Positions 50,848-60,960 of a stretch of 64,000 nt of DNA are shown here, one piece after another. Origin of the DNA: Anaeromyxobacteraceae bacterium (lineage in GTDB: Bacteria > Myxococcota > Myxococcia > Myxococcales > Anaeromyxobacteraceae). Each line of letters opens with the position of its first letter. Positions within the stretch are counted from its first letter, which is position 1. Position numbers and translations under genes: made by a program. The notes beneath the pieces were generated by a model. It was not told the origin of the DNA and searched no databases. It worked only from the letters and a program-made list of their open reading frames with translations. The stretch spans positions 3,424,001 to 3,488,000 of the forward strand of contig JASGHJ010000002.1 of assembly GCA_047602405.1 (NCBI GenBank), given 5' to 3'.

Positions 50848-50980
50848 CGCGCGCGCGCCGCGAAATCGGGCGGGTTTTCGGTCCGTGACGCAACCGGCCG
50901 TGTAAGGCAACCCGACGCCCTGCTCGGCGGTCCTGACGGTCGGTCCGCGCGGAGGCGCGAGATCCCGGGGGTTTTCCACC

Positions 50981-50994
50981 GGCACCGCGCTTGC
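50981..50994 (+). promoter_or_regulatory. Sigma54 (-24/-12) promoter for tolC
   Basis: GGCACCGCGCTTGC = GG-N10-GC, 14 nt before the ATG. Confidence 0.7.
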
Positions 50995-51008
50995 TCTGTG
51001 CGGGCGGC

Positions 51009-52292
51009 ATGGTGATCCTCACGACCCTCGCCGCCCTCGCAATCTCGGCGGCCCCGGCCCCGCTCGAAGAGCTCCCGCTCGCCGACGCGCTCACCGAGCT
51101 CGAGCGCGCGAACCCCGGCCTCGCCCAGGCGCGCGCCCGCGCGGACGAGGCGGACGCGGTCGTCCGGCAGGCCTGGTCGCCGCTCCTGCCGAACCTCTCC
51201 GCGCAGGGGACCTGGCTCAAGAACTCCGACGACGCGGCCCTGCAGCTGCCCGCGCTCATCGCGCCGCCGGCGGGGCGCGAGGTCGTCCTCCAGCCCGACC
51301 ACTCGCTGACCGTGCAGGGGCAGGCCCGGCTCGCGCTGCTCGCCCCGTCGGCGTGGTTCGACGTCGCCGCCGCGGGCGGCGCGGCGCGGGCGTCGGGCGC
51401 GTCCGCGGAGGCCGCCCGCCGGAACGCCCGCGCCGCCTTCACCCAGGCGGCGCACGCGGCGCGCGCCGCGGAGGAGCTCGTGCTGGCCTCCGAGGCGGCG
51501 GTGAAGAACGCCGCCGATCTCGAGGGCATCGCGTCGCGGAAGGTCGCGGCCGGCACCGCCGCGCCGCTCGACCGGCTGCGCGCGGAGACCGAGCGCGTGA
51601 AGCGGGAGAGCGACCTCGCCCAGGCGCGCGCGAACCTCGGGCGGGCCCGGCTGGCGCTCGGCGTGCTGCTCGGCCGGCGCGCGCCGGTGCGGGTGGCCGT
51701 CCCGGAGCCGGCCGCCGCCGCGGCGGGTCCGGGCGCCGCCAATCTCGCCGCCGCCGCGCTCGCCGCGCGGCCGGAGCTCCGGGCCTCGCGCGCGCAGGTC
51801 GAGGCGGCGCAGAACCAGGTGCGCTCGGCGTGGGCGCGCGTCGCGCCGACCGTCTCGGCGAGCGGCGCGATCTTCGCGTCCGACACCGCCTACCCGACCG
51901 GCGAGAAGAACGGCTGGCGCGCGACGGTGGATCTGACCTGGGCGCTCTACGACGGCGGCCTCCGGTACGGGAAGCGCGACGAGGCCCGGGCCCGGCTCGC
52001 CTCCGCCCGGGCAGGCGAGGAGGCGCAGCGCCTCGCGGTCGTGCAGGAGGTCGAGGACGCGGCCCGCGACGTGGACGTCGCCGCCGAGCGGCTCCGGCTC
52101 GCCGAGGCGCAGCGCAGGCTCACCGGGGACGCCGCCGGCACCGCGAAGCGCGGCTTCGAGGCGGGCGTCGCCTCGTCGCTCGACGTCATCGACGCGAACG
52201 ACCGGCTCTACCTCGCCGACGTCGGCCTCGCCGACGCCCGGGCCCGGCTCGCGCAGGCGCGCGTGGCCCTCGACCGGGCCACCGGGAGGTGA
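51009..52292 (+). CDS. TolC-family outer membrane efflux protein
   Basis: Signal peptide; ANPGL, LLPNLS, RPEL, LYDGG, FEAG..S.LDVIDA. Confidence 0.9.
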   Translation: MVILTTLAALAISAAPAPLEELPLADALTELERANPGLAQARARADEADAVVRQAWSPLLPNLSAQGTWLKNSDDAALQLPALIAPPAGREVVLQPDHSLTVQGQARLALLAPSAWFDVAAAGGAARASGASAEAARRNARAAFTQAAHAARAAEELVLASEAAVKNAADLEGIASRKVAAGTAAPLDRLRAETERVKRESDLAQARANLGRARLALGVLLGRRAPVRVAVPEPAAAAAGPGAANLAAAALAARPELRASRAQVEAAQNQVRSAWARVAPTVSASGAIFASDTAYPTGEKNGWRATVDLTWALYDGGLRYGKRDEARARLASARAGEEAQRLAVVQEVEDAARDVDVAAERLRLAEAQRRLTGDAAGTAKRGFEAGVASSLDVIDANDRLYLADVGLADARARLAQARVALDRATGR

Positions 52293-52357
52293 GGCCGATG
52301 CGCGGAGGCGGACGCTCGCGTATCCTCCCGGGGCGGCGGAAGCCCGCGGAGGCCGAC

Positions 52358-53684
52358 TTGCCCGAGGGGCACGAGCAGAATCGAGCGTCAGGAGCTGGGG
52401 CGGCTGTTCGGGAAGATCATCGCCGCCCGGCTGCTCGTCATCCCGTTCCTGCTCGGCGCGGCGGTCTGGCTCGCGTTCCAGGACGTGACGCCGTGGAGGC
52501 GGGCGGTGCTGTTCACGGTGGGCCTCGCCGCGCCGTCGTTCTTCGTCGCCGAGTGGCTCCGCTTCCGCCACCGCGGGTTCACGCCGCTCGCGATCCCGGT
52601 GAACCTCACCGTCGCCGCGCTCGCGATCCTGAGCGTCTCGCTCGCGAGCGGAGGGCCGGTCTCGCCGTTCCTGGTCGTGCTCGTCCCGTTCGCGGTGCTC
52701 TCGGGGCTCTTCACGCCCTACCCGCTGCACGTGCTCGTGCCCCTGATCGAGCTCGTCGGCATCTGGACGCTCTGGGGCGTCGCCCGCTACGCCCCGCTCC
52801 CGGAGTTCCACCCGGCGGTGTTCGGCACCCCCACCGGCCCGCTCCACGTCACGTTCCTGGCGTGCCTCTACAGCTTCGTGATCCTGATGGTCACGGGCGT
52901 CACGCGCCTCACCCGCGGCACGCTCCAGCGCACCATCGGCCGGACCATCCTCGCGCAGCGCGAGTCGCTCAAGGCCCACGCCGAGCGCGCCGAGGAGCTG
53001 ACCGCGCTCTCCGCCGAGATCGCGCACGAGCTCAAGAACCCGCTCGCGAGCGTGAAGGGGCTCGCGGCGCTCCTCGCCCGGGACGCGCAGGTCGGGGGGA
53101 AGGACGCCGAGCGGCTCGGGGTGCTGCGCCGCGAGGTGGACCGGATGCAGTCCGTCCTCGACGGGTTCCTCAACTTCTCGAGGCCCCTCGTGCCGCTCGC
53201 GCTCGGCGAGGCGGACGTCGCGGCGATCGCCCGCGAGGTCGCGGCCCTGCACGAGGGCATGGCGAAGGAGCGCGGGGTCGACGTGCACGCCGGGGACGGC
53301 CCGGTGCCGGTGCGCTGCGACCCGCGCAAGGTGAAGCAGGTGCTCATCAACCTCGTGCAGAACGCGCTCGACGCGAGCCCGCGCGGAGGCGAGATCGCGC
53401 TCGACACGGCCGCGCTCGACGGCGGCGGCGCGCGGGTGCGCGTGCTCGACCGCGGGCGGGGCGTCGACCCCGCGCTCGGCGACACGATCTTCCAGCCCGG
53501 CGTGACGACGAAGTCCACCGGCTCCGGCCTGGGCCTCACGATCGCCCGGGCCCTCGCCCGCCAGCACGGCGGCGACCTGCACCTCCTCCCCCGCGCCGGC
53601 GGCGGCACGGTGGCGGAGCTCACCCTGCCCGGCCTCGCCCCGCCGGGCCCCGCCGCCGACCCCGGGAAGGACTGCGCCGCGTGA
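52358..53684 (+). CDS. Membrane sensor histidine kinase (apparent frameshift at ~52379)
   Basis: GGAGG RBS + TTG 52358. Removing one A restores [13 protein letters not shown]. Motifs [25 protein letters not shown]. Confidence 0.88.
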
Positions 53685-55067
53685 CCGTGCCCCCGCCCGC
53701 CCCGGCCTCCTCGTTCGCGCGGGTCCTCGTCGTCGACGACGACCCCGGCGTCCGCTACACGCTCCGCGAGATCCTCGAGGCCGAGGGCGTCGCCGTCGAC
53801 GAGGCGGCCGACGGCGCCGAGGCGCTCGCCCGGATGGAGGCGGCCCCCGCCCCGCTCGTGATCACCGACCTCCGCATGCCGGGGATCGACGGGCTCGAGC
53901 TCCTGCGGCGGCTCTCTGCCCGCGCGCCGGCGCCGCGGGTCGTGCTCATCACCGCGCATGGCTCGGAGCGCACGGCCGTCGAGGCGATGAAGCTCGGGGC
54001 GTGGGACTACTTCAAGAAGCCCTTCGACCTCGAGGAGCTCGTGGGGGTCGTGCGCCGGGCGCTCGAGGCGGTGCGGCTCGCGAGCGAGAACGAGCGGCTG
54101 TCGGGCGAGCTCGCGCTCGGACGCACGATGGTCTTCGCGTCCGAGGCGATGCGGAAGCTCGCGGTCCTCGTGGGGCGGGTCGCGCCCCGCGACGTGACGG
54201 TGCTCGTCACGGGCGAGAGCGGCACCGGGAAGGAGCGGGTCGCCGAGGCGATCGTCGCCGCGTCCCGGCGCGCCGCGCGGCCCTGGGTGCGCTTCAACTG
54301 CGCCGCGCTCACGCCGGAGCTCGCCGAGGCCGAGCTTCTTCGGGCACGCGAAGGGCGCCTTCACCGGCGCGACCCGGGCGCGGCCGGGGCTCTTCGGCGA
54401 GGCGGACGGCGGCACGATCCTGCTCGACGAGATCGGGGAGCTCGCCGCGCCCCTGCAGGGGAAGCTCCTGCGCGTGCTCCAGGAGGGCGAGGTCCGGCCC
54501 GTCGGCGAGGAGAAGGTCCGCAAGGTGGACGTGCGGGTCATCGCCGCCACGCACCGCGACCTCGCCGACGAGGTCAGGAAGGGGCGCTTCCGCGAGGACC
54601 TCTTCTACCGGCTGAACGTGGTGCACCTCCGGGTCCCGCCGCTCCGCGAGCGGCCGGAGGACGTCCCGGTGCTGGCGCGCCACTTCCTCTCGCGCTTCGC
54701 GGGGCGCTTCGGGATGGAGGGGCTCGCCGTCACCGACGCGCTCCTCGGCGAGCTCTCCGCGCGCCCCTGGCCGGGCAACGTCCGCGAGCTCGAGAACGCG
54801 CTCGAGCGGCTCGTGGCGCTCTCCCCGCCGGACGGGCTCGACCTGACGCTGCTCGGCGAGGAGCCGTCGGCGCGGACCGACGCGGAGCCGGGCGACCGGG
54901 CGCTCCCCCTGCGCGAGCGGGTGGAGGCGTTCGAGCGCGGGCTCGTCGTCGAGGCCTTGCGCGCGGCGGGCGGGAACCGCAGCGAGGCGGCGCGGCGGCT
55001 CGGCATCTCGCGGGTCACGCTGCACGACAAGCTCAGGAAGTGGGGCATCCCCGGCGACGGGGAGTAG
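53681..55067 (+). CDS. Sigma54-dependent NtrC-like response regulator (apparent frameshift at ~54336)
   Basis: Receiver (VVDDD, TDLRMP), GESGTGKE. Removing one T restores [24 protein letters not shown] and a Fis HTH follow. Confidence 0.9.
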
Positions 55068-55103
55068 CGGGCGGGCGCGCGCGGGCGCAGCGTCGAGCGC
55101 GGG

Positions 55104-55772
55104 ATGCTCGCGCTCTTGCTCATGGTGAACCTCGCCGCCTCGAACGCCGGCGCGCCGGACTCCGCCGCGCCGGCCCCGGCCGCCTCGCCCCCGGTGGCGC
55201 CCGATCTGGCCGCCGCCGCACTCCCGGGCGTGGCGCCGCCGGACCTCGCCGTGGCGCCGCCACGGGCCCCCGGGCCGGGCAGCCCGTTCACGCCAGGGGT
55301 CTTCGCGGCCGCGAGCGCAGGCGCCGTCGCGGGCGACCTCGCCACGCTCGGCCTCGGTTACGGGGCGCTCATGCTCTTCGCGAACGGCACCTTCGAGCCG
55401 ACCGCCGAGGGCTTCCGTCGGGCGGCCCTCGGGGTGGCCGCCGTGGGGGTCCTCCTGCCGCCGGTCCTCGCCGCGCTCGCGGCGCGGGGTGCGCACGGCG
55501 GGGGCTCCTTCTGGCGGGCCGCACTCTTCGCGCTCGCCGGGCAGGCCATGGCGCTCGGGGCCGGGTGGGCGGCGTGGCCGCGGGCGTGGGCGTTCCCGCC
55601 GGCCCAGCTCATGGCGGTGGGGCTCGGCTCGGCCCTGGGCTTGCGCACCTCCGCGGCGCCCCGGGCAGCCGCGGACCGGGGACCGCCGGACCCTCCGCCC
55701 GAGGCGGCCCGGCCTCCCCCCGGCGACGGCCCCGGGGCCATGGCCCGGACCCCCGTCTGCCCGGTCGGGTAG
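55104..55772 (+). CDS. Hypothetical membrane protein
   Basis: Hydrophobic Ala/Gly-rich segments; fills the gap between neighbours. Confidence 0.55.
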   Translation: MLALLLMVNLAASNAGAPDSAAPAPAASPPVAPDLAAAALPGVAPPDLAVAPPRAPGPGSPFTPGVFAAASAGAVAGDLATLGLGYGALMLFANGTFEPTAEGFRRAALGVAAVGVLLPPVLAALAARGAHGGGSFWRAALFALAGQAMALGAGWAAWPRAWAFPPAQLMAVGLGSALGLRTSAAPRAAADRGPPDPPPEAARPPPGDGPGAMARTPVCPVG

Positions 55773-55838
55773 CCGTGCGAGGGCGGCGTGTCGTCGCCGC
55801 TTCACCGGGGCGCGCCCTTTCGTTATGTTGCGCGCGCC

Positions 55839-57470
55839 ATGGCCAACGCCAACCTCCGCATCCCCGCGCCCCGCAACGAGCCGGTCCTCAACTACGCCCC
55901 GGGCTCGCCCGAGAAGGCGGCCCTCAAGGCGAAGCTCGCCGAGCTCGGCTCGAAGGAGCTCGAGATCCCGCTCGTCATCGGTGGCCGGGAGATCCGCACC
56001 GGCCGGCTCGCCGACGCGCGCGTGCCCCACCGCCACGCGCAGCGGCTCGCCCGCTGGCACCAGGCCGGCCAGGAAGAGGTGAAGGCCGCCATCGAGGCCG
56101 CGCGCGTCGCGCGCAAGCCCTGGGCCGCGATGTCGCCCTACGACCGCGCCGCGATCTTCATCAAGGCCGCCGAGCTCCTCGCCGGCCCGTGGCGGCAGGT
56201 GCTGAACGCCGCGACCATGCTCGGCCAGTCGAAGACGCCCTTCCAGGCGGAGATCGACTCGGCCTGCGAGATCATCGACTTCTGGCGCTTCAACGCGCAC
56301 TTCATGGAGCGGATCCTCGAGGACCAGCCGTATTCGCCGCCCGGGCAGTGGAACCAGCTCGAGGCGCGGCCGCTCGAGGGCTTCGTCTTCGCGGTGACGC
56401 CGTTCAACTTCACGTCCATCGCCGCGAACCTGCCCACCGCGCCCGCGCTGATGGGCAACACGGTGGTCTGGAAGCCGGCCTCCTCCGCGGTCTACTCCGC
56501 GTGGTTCGTGCTGAAGCTCCTCGAGGCCGCGGGGCTCCCGCCCGGCGTCATCAACTTCGTGCCCGGCTCCGGCCGCGCGGTCGGCGACCCCGTCCTCGCG
56601 AGCCCCGAGCTCGCCGGCCTGCACTTCACCGGCTCGACCGGCGTGTTCCAGAACATGTGGAAGACGATCGGCGAGAACCTGCCGCGCTACCACACCTACC
56701 CGCGCATCGTCGGGGAGACCGGCGGCAAGGACTTCATCTTCGTGCACCCGTCGGCCGACCCCGACGCGGCCGCGACCGCGCTCGTGCGCGGCGCGTTCGA
56801 GTTCCAGGGCCAGAAGTGCTCGGCCGCCTCGCGCGCGTACGTCCCGGAGAGCCTGTGGCCGGCGATCCGCGACCGCGTGCTCGGGATGGTCACCGAGATC
56901 AAGATGGGTGAGGTCGAGGACTTCACCACGTTCATGGGCGCGGTCATCGACAAGGACGCGTACGACCGGATCAAGGGGTACATCGAGGTCGCGCGGTCCT
57001 CGTCGCAGGCGAAGATCCTGATCGGCGGGAAGTGCGACGACTCGAAGGGCTGGTTCGTCGAGCCGACCGTCGTAGAGACCGTGAACCCGCGCTTCCAGCT
57101 CATGGAGGAGGAGATCTTCGGGCCGGTGCTGACGCTCTACGTGTACTCGGACGCGAAGCTCGACGAGGCGGTGGAGCTCTGCGGCTCGACGTCGCCGTAC
57201 GCGCTCACCGGCGCCGTGTTCGCGCGCGACCGCGAGGCGGTGGTGGAGCTGCGCGCCCGGCTCGTCGACGCGGCCGGGAACTTCTACGTGAACGACAAGC
57301 CCACCGGCGCGGTGGTCGGGCAGCAGCCGTTCGGCGGCGCGCGCGCGTCGGGCACGAACGACAAGGCGGGATCGATCGCGAACCTGTACCGGTGGACGTC
57401 GCTCCGGGCGATCAAGGAGAACTTCGATCCGCCGACGCGGTTCGAGTATCCGTACATGAAGGAGAAGTGA
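55839..57470 (+). CDS. pruA: L-glutamate gamma-semialdehyde (P5C) dehydrogenase
   Basis: NEPVLNYAPGS, PFNFTSI, FTGST, GETGGK, FQGQKCSA, EEIFGP, QQPFGGAR.SGTNDK. Confidence 0.95.
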   Translation: MANANLRIPAPRNEPVLNYAPGSPEKAALKAKLAELGSKELEIPLVIGGREIRTGRLADARVPHRHAQRLARWHQAGQEEVKAAIEAARVARKPWAAMSPYDRAAIFIKAAELLAGPWRQVLNAATMLGQSKTPFQAEIDSACEIIDFWRFNAHFMERILEDQPYSPPGQWNQLEARPLEGFVFAVTPFNFTSIAANLPTAPALMGNTVVWKPASSAVYSAWFVLKLLEAAGLPPGVINFVPGSGRAVGDPVLASPELAGLHFTGSTGVFQNMWKTIGENLPRYHTYPRIVGETGGKDFIFVHPSADPDAAATALVRGAFEFQGQKCSAASRAYVPESLWPAIRDRVLGMVTEIKMGEVEDFTTFMGAVIDKDAYDRIKGYIEVARSSSQAKILIGGKCDDSKGWFVEPTVVETVNPRFQLMEEEIFGPVLTLYVYSDAKLDEAVELCGSTSPYALTGAVFARDREAVVELRARLVDAAGNFYVNDKPTGAVVGQQPFGGARASGTNDKAGSIANLYRWTSLRAIKENFDPPTRFEYPYMKEK

Positions 57471-57482
57471 CCACCTCGGCCG

Positions 57483-57545
57483 GACCGGGAGTCACCCGGG
57501 GTGGACCGAGAGTTCCCGCGGGGCGACCGGGAGTCACCCCGGGTG
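57483..57545 (+). repeat. GAGT-core repeat cluster 1 (3 x 21 bp)
   Basis: GACCGGGAGTCACCCGGGGTG / GACCGAGAGTTCCCGCGGGGC / GACCGGGAGTCACCCCGGGTG. Confidence 0.8.
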
Positions 57546-57613
57546 TACCACCTAGGACAGGCTCCGATCGGACCCGTTGCATCCCGGCGGGGCGTCGGGA
57601 AGGATGCCGGGCC

Positions 57614-58171
57614 ATGACCCGACTCCAAGTCACCCTCGCAGCGTCGCTCCTCGCCCTCGCCACCCCGGCCCTGGCCGCGCCTCCGGCCGCGCAGGCCCAG
57701 CCGGTGCAGCAGCCCGCGGGCGCGGGGCCCAAGATCGGCCTCGGCATCGCCCTCAACTCCGACCCGACCTTCTCGAGCCCGGCCGAGATCCTCGTGCCGA
57801 TCATCCTCAACCCGACGATCCGGGTGGAGCCGTCGCTGGGCATCTTCTCCCGCAACGTCGACGGCGGCACCGACACCCGCAACTTCGTGCTCGGCGTCGG
57901 CGTCCTCGCGGGCAAGCAGGTCGCCCCGGCCACCGAGCTGCTCTTCGGCGGCCGCCTCAAGCTCGGCTTCGCGAAGTTCGACAACGGCGTCACCTCCGAC
58001 TCGGGCACCGACATCCTCATCGCGGGCGCCGCGGGCGCGGAGCACTGGTTCTCCGACAAGTTCTCGCTCGGCCTCGAGGCGCAGCTCGGCTACTACGCGC
58101 TCTCGAACGTGTCCGGCGACGCCTCGGGCTTCTTCACGCAGGGCGCGCTGACCGCGCGCGTGTACTTCTAG
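57614..58171 (+). CDS. Small outer-membrane beta-barrel protein
   Basis: Signal peptide, amphipathic strands, C-terminal ARVYF. Confidence 0.75.
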   Translation: MTRLQVTLAASLLALATPALAAPPAAQAQPVQQPAGAGPKIGLGIALNSDPTFSSPAEILVPIILNPTIRVEPSLGIFSRNVDGGTDTRNFVLGVGVLAGKQVAPATELLFGGRLKLGFAKFDNGVTSDSGTDILIAGAAGAEHWFSDKFSLGLEAQLGYYALSNVSGDASGFFTQGALTARVYF

Positions 58172-58221
58172 GCGCGACGCGGCCCGTCACGGCGGGCCGA
58201 CCGCGCGTTGCGCAGTGCACG

Positions 58222-58249
58222 GGAGCCGGCGCCTCGCGGCGCCGGCTCC
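58222..58249 (+). terminator. GC-rich hairpin, possible terminator
   Basis: GGAGCCGGCGCC-TCGC-GGCGCCGGCTCC, a perfect 12-bp stem with no U-tract. Confidence 0.45.
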
Positions 58250-58289
58250 TCGCGTCTCCGCGCGTCAAGCGCGGTCCTCCGCACCCCGG

Positions 58290-58400
58290 TGGGCCCATCC
58301 CGTCCCTGGGCCCATCCCGTCCCGGAGTTCCCCGCGCGCGCGCCGTCCCAGAGTTCCCGCGCCCCGTCCCGGAGTTCCCCCGCGGCGGCCTTACTCTGGG
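58290..58400 (+). repeat. GAGT-core repeat cluster 2
   Basis: 17-bp tandem duplication 58290-58323; CCGTCCCRGAGTTCCC at 58317, 58343 and 58364; inverted core ACTCTGGG at 58393-58400. Confidence 0.8.
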
Positions 58401-58498
58401 TGCCCCAAGTGAGCGCAGGGTGAAAGGTGGTTTGCAGTCCCACCGAGGCCGTATGGGTTCGCTGACCGGCCGATCCGCGCGCCGGAGGGGAGAACTCG

Positions 58499-60766
58499 AT
58501 GGCGACGAAACCTGCCCGGGGCGCGCTCGTCGCGCTCACCTCGTCGTTCCTCGCGCTCGCCGCCTGCGGCGGCCCGCCGTCCGAGGCCGAGGGCGCCCTC
58601 GCGCCGCCGCCGCCCGACTCCGCCCTCGCCTGCGACTGCAGCTGGCACTCGGCGTTCGACCTGTGCGTCACGTGCTGCGGCGACGTCGGCCAGGCGGTGT
58701 GCCCGTCCGGTGGCGCCTGCAAGCCGGGCCTCGTCTACAACGCCGCGAAGGCGGTCTGCGACAACCCTCCCCCGGCCTGCGGCTGCAGCTGGCGCTCGGC
58801 CTTCGACCTGTGCGTCACGTGCTGCGGCGACGTCGGCCAGGCCATCTGCCCGACGGGTGACTCGTGCAAGCCGGGGCTCCACTACGACGGCTCGACGACC
58901 CACTGCGAGCAGGCCTGCTCGTGGCACCAGACCGTGTTCGGCAACTGCTGCGGCGACGTCGGCCAGCCGATCTGCGTGAGCGGCGACGCCTGCAAGCCCG
59001 GCCTCCACTACGACGGCTCGACGACGCACTGCGAGCTGCCGTGCTCGTGGCACCAGTCGTCGTTCGGCAACTGCTGCGGCGACGTCGACCAGGTGCACTG
59101 CGATCCGCTCTCCGGCGACACCTGCAAGCCGGGCCTCGCCGTCGGCGTCGCGACCTGCCGTGACTTCCGGACCCCGGGCGAGACCTGCGGGCCGGACTAC
59201 CCGTGCAAGGACGGCTCGAGCTGCGCGCTCGTGGTCGACGCGAGCGCGCTCAAGCTCGAGTGCATGCTCGACAAGGACTCGAACGTCGTTGGCGACCCCG
59301 ACGCGTGCAAGGCCTTCTACAGCGCGGACATCGCCACCGGCGCGAAGAACAGCGGCGGGACGCTCAACTTCGGCGTGGGCGCACAGGGCTCGGTGGGTGT
59401 CGCGGGCGCGATCGAGACCGGCGTCTTCTACACGGAGGACGAGCGGTACGGCTGCTACGTGACCACCTGCTACGGGCTCGAGACGAACGTGGGCATCGGC
59501 GTGTACGGCGTGGTCGGCGAGTCGGACAAGTACGAGGACTTCAAGGGCCACTCGTTCGTGCTGAACCAGCTCGCCGGCATCGAGTTCGTCAGCTACATCA
59601 ACTCGCAGGGGTGGAACTCGAAGGAGGATCTCGGCGCGGGCAAGGCGCCGGTCTCCGCGAGCCAGGCGATCTCCATCGGGCTCGACATCATCCCGATCTC
59701 GGTGGGCGCGGCCGAGTGCGACACGATCACGCAGGTGGTCGTCGGGCAGGACACCGCGAGCCCGCCCGTCGCGCTGTGCCACGACGTCTCAATGACGCCC
59801 GCCACCGGATGCACCGCGGCCGTCTCGGTGAACAACGGGTCGTACAGCCCGACCGCCGGCGTAACGATCACGACGTCCCAGAGCCCCGCCGGCCCGTATC
59901 AGATCGGGAACACCCCGGTGACGCTCACCGCCACCGACTCGAACGGCCTCACGGCGACCTGCAGCGCGACGGTGACCGTGCTCGACGGCGTCCCCCCGGT
60001 CATCACCTGCCCCGCGAACGTCCGGGCCACGAACGAGGCCGGCCGCTGCGACGCCAGGGTCTCGTTCCCGGAGCCGGTCGCGACCGACACCTGCTCCGCG
60101 GTCGCGGCGAGCGCGACGCCGGCGTCGGGCTCCACGTTCGCCGTGGGCACGACCACGGTGAAGGGGCTCGCGCTCGACGAGTACCTCAACACGGCTTCGT
60201 GCTCGTTCACGGTGACGGTGGTGGACGCCGAGGCGCCCGGGATCACGGCGCCGCCGGACATGGTGGTCGACGCGACGATGCCGACGGGCGCGGTGGTGAG
60301 CTACCCGGCGTTCACCGCGACGGACAACTGCGCGGGGTTGGCGGTGGACGCCGAGCCGCCGTCCGGAAGCGTGTTCCCGATCGACCCGGACCCCGCCGGC
60401 TTCACGGAGGTGGTGGGCCGGGCGACGGACGCCGCGGGGAACGTCTCGACGGCGTCGTTCAGGGTGCACGTGAAGGGCGCGCGGGAGCAACTCTCGGACC
60501 TCCTGGCCTTCGTGGAGACCCTGCGGCATCACGAGGGGCTGGAGCACCGGCTCCTGCAGGCGATCCGCGCGCTCGACCGGGGCCGCACGTTCCAGACGTG
60601 CCACACGCTCGGGGAGATCATGGAGGAGCTCGGGGAACAGGAGCGGGAGCGGTGCCCACAGGAGGAGACCGCGGCGCTCCTCACGGCCGCCGGGCGGATC
60701 CGCGACGTGCTGTCCTGCCAGACTTGCCGCGAGGAGGAAGACGAGGGCCTCGCGGACGCGCGCTGA
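58499..60766 (+). CDS. Lipoprotein with 4 Cys-rich repeats and HYR domains
   Basis: Lipobox LAAC; 4x CSW...CCGDV.Q..C...CKPGL; HYR motifs (PPVITCPAN, SGSTFAVGTTTV, ATDAAGN). Confidence 0.8.
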   Translation: MATKPARGALVALTSSFLALAACGGPPSEAEGALAPPPPDSALACDCSWHSAFDLCVTCCGDVGQAVCPSGGACKPGLVYNAAKAVCDNPPPACGCSWRSAFDLCVTCCGDVGQAICPTGDSCKPGLHYDGSTTHCEQACSWHQTVFGNCCGDVGQPICVSGDACKPGLHYDGSTTHCELPCSWHQSSFGNCCGDVDQVHCDPLSGDTCKPGLAVGVATCRDFRTPGETCGPDYPCKDGSSCALVVDASALKLECMLDKDSNVVGDPDACKAFYSADIATGAKNSGGTLNFGVGAQGSVGVAGAIETGVFYTEDERYGCYVTTCYGLETNVGIGVYGVVGESDKYEDFKGHSFVLNQLAGIEFVSYINSQGWNSKEDLGAGKAPVSASQAISIGLDIIPISVGAAECDTITQVVVGQDTASPPVALCHDVSMTPATGCTAAVSVNNGSYSPTAGVTITTSQSPAGPYQIGNTPVTLTATDSNGLTATCSATVTVLDGVPPVITCPANVRATNEAGRCDARVSFPEPVATDTCSAVAASATPASGSTFAVGTTTVKGLALDEYLNTASCSFTVTVVDAEAPGITAPPDMVVDATMPTGAVVSYPAFTATDNCAGLAVDAEPPSGSVFPIDPDPAGFTEVVGRATDAAGNVSTASFRVHVKGAREQLSDLLAFVETLRHHEGLEHRLLQAIRALDRGRTFQTCHTLGEIMEELGEQERERCPQEETAALLTAAGRIRDVLSCQTCREEEDEGLADAR

Positions 60767-60793
60767 CCCGGCCTGATCCTGACCCGGCCTCGG

Positions 60794-60920
60794 CCCGTCC
60801 CTCCCGGGGCCCGTCCCAGAGTCCCCGGGGCCCGTCCCAGAGTTCCGGCGGGGCGGGCCCTCCCAGAGTAATCCCGTGCTCTCCCGGAGTCGGGCGGGTG
60901 GGGGGAGTCGGGCGGGTGGG
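60794..60920 (+). repeat. GAGT-core repeat cluster 3
   Basis: CCGTCCCAGAGT at 60811 and 60832; variants with GAGT at 60866, 60887 and 60905. Confidence 0.8.
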
Positions 60921-60960
60921 GCCGGTCGGACGCGGTCCGGTCCTGGGGTAGAACGGACGG

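Noticed and set aside
51353..56911. 1852-aa ORF containing a receiver domain
   Set aside because: An off-frame chain that includes only the short N-termini of the frameshifted HK and sigma54 activator.
58395..58470. Possible riboswitch upstream of the Cys/HYR lipoprotein
   Set aside because: Fragments (GGGAC, GCAAACC) appear only on the opposite strand and not in c-di-GMP-I order. I could not support a structure.
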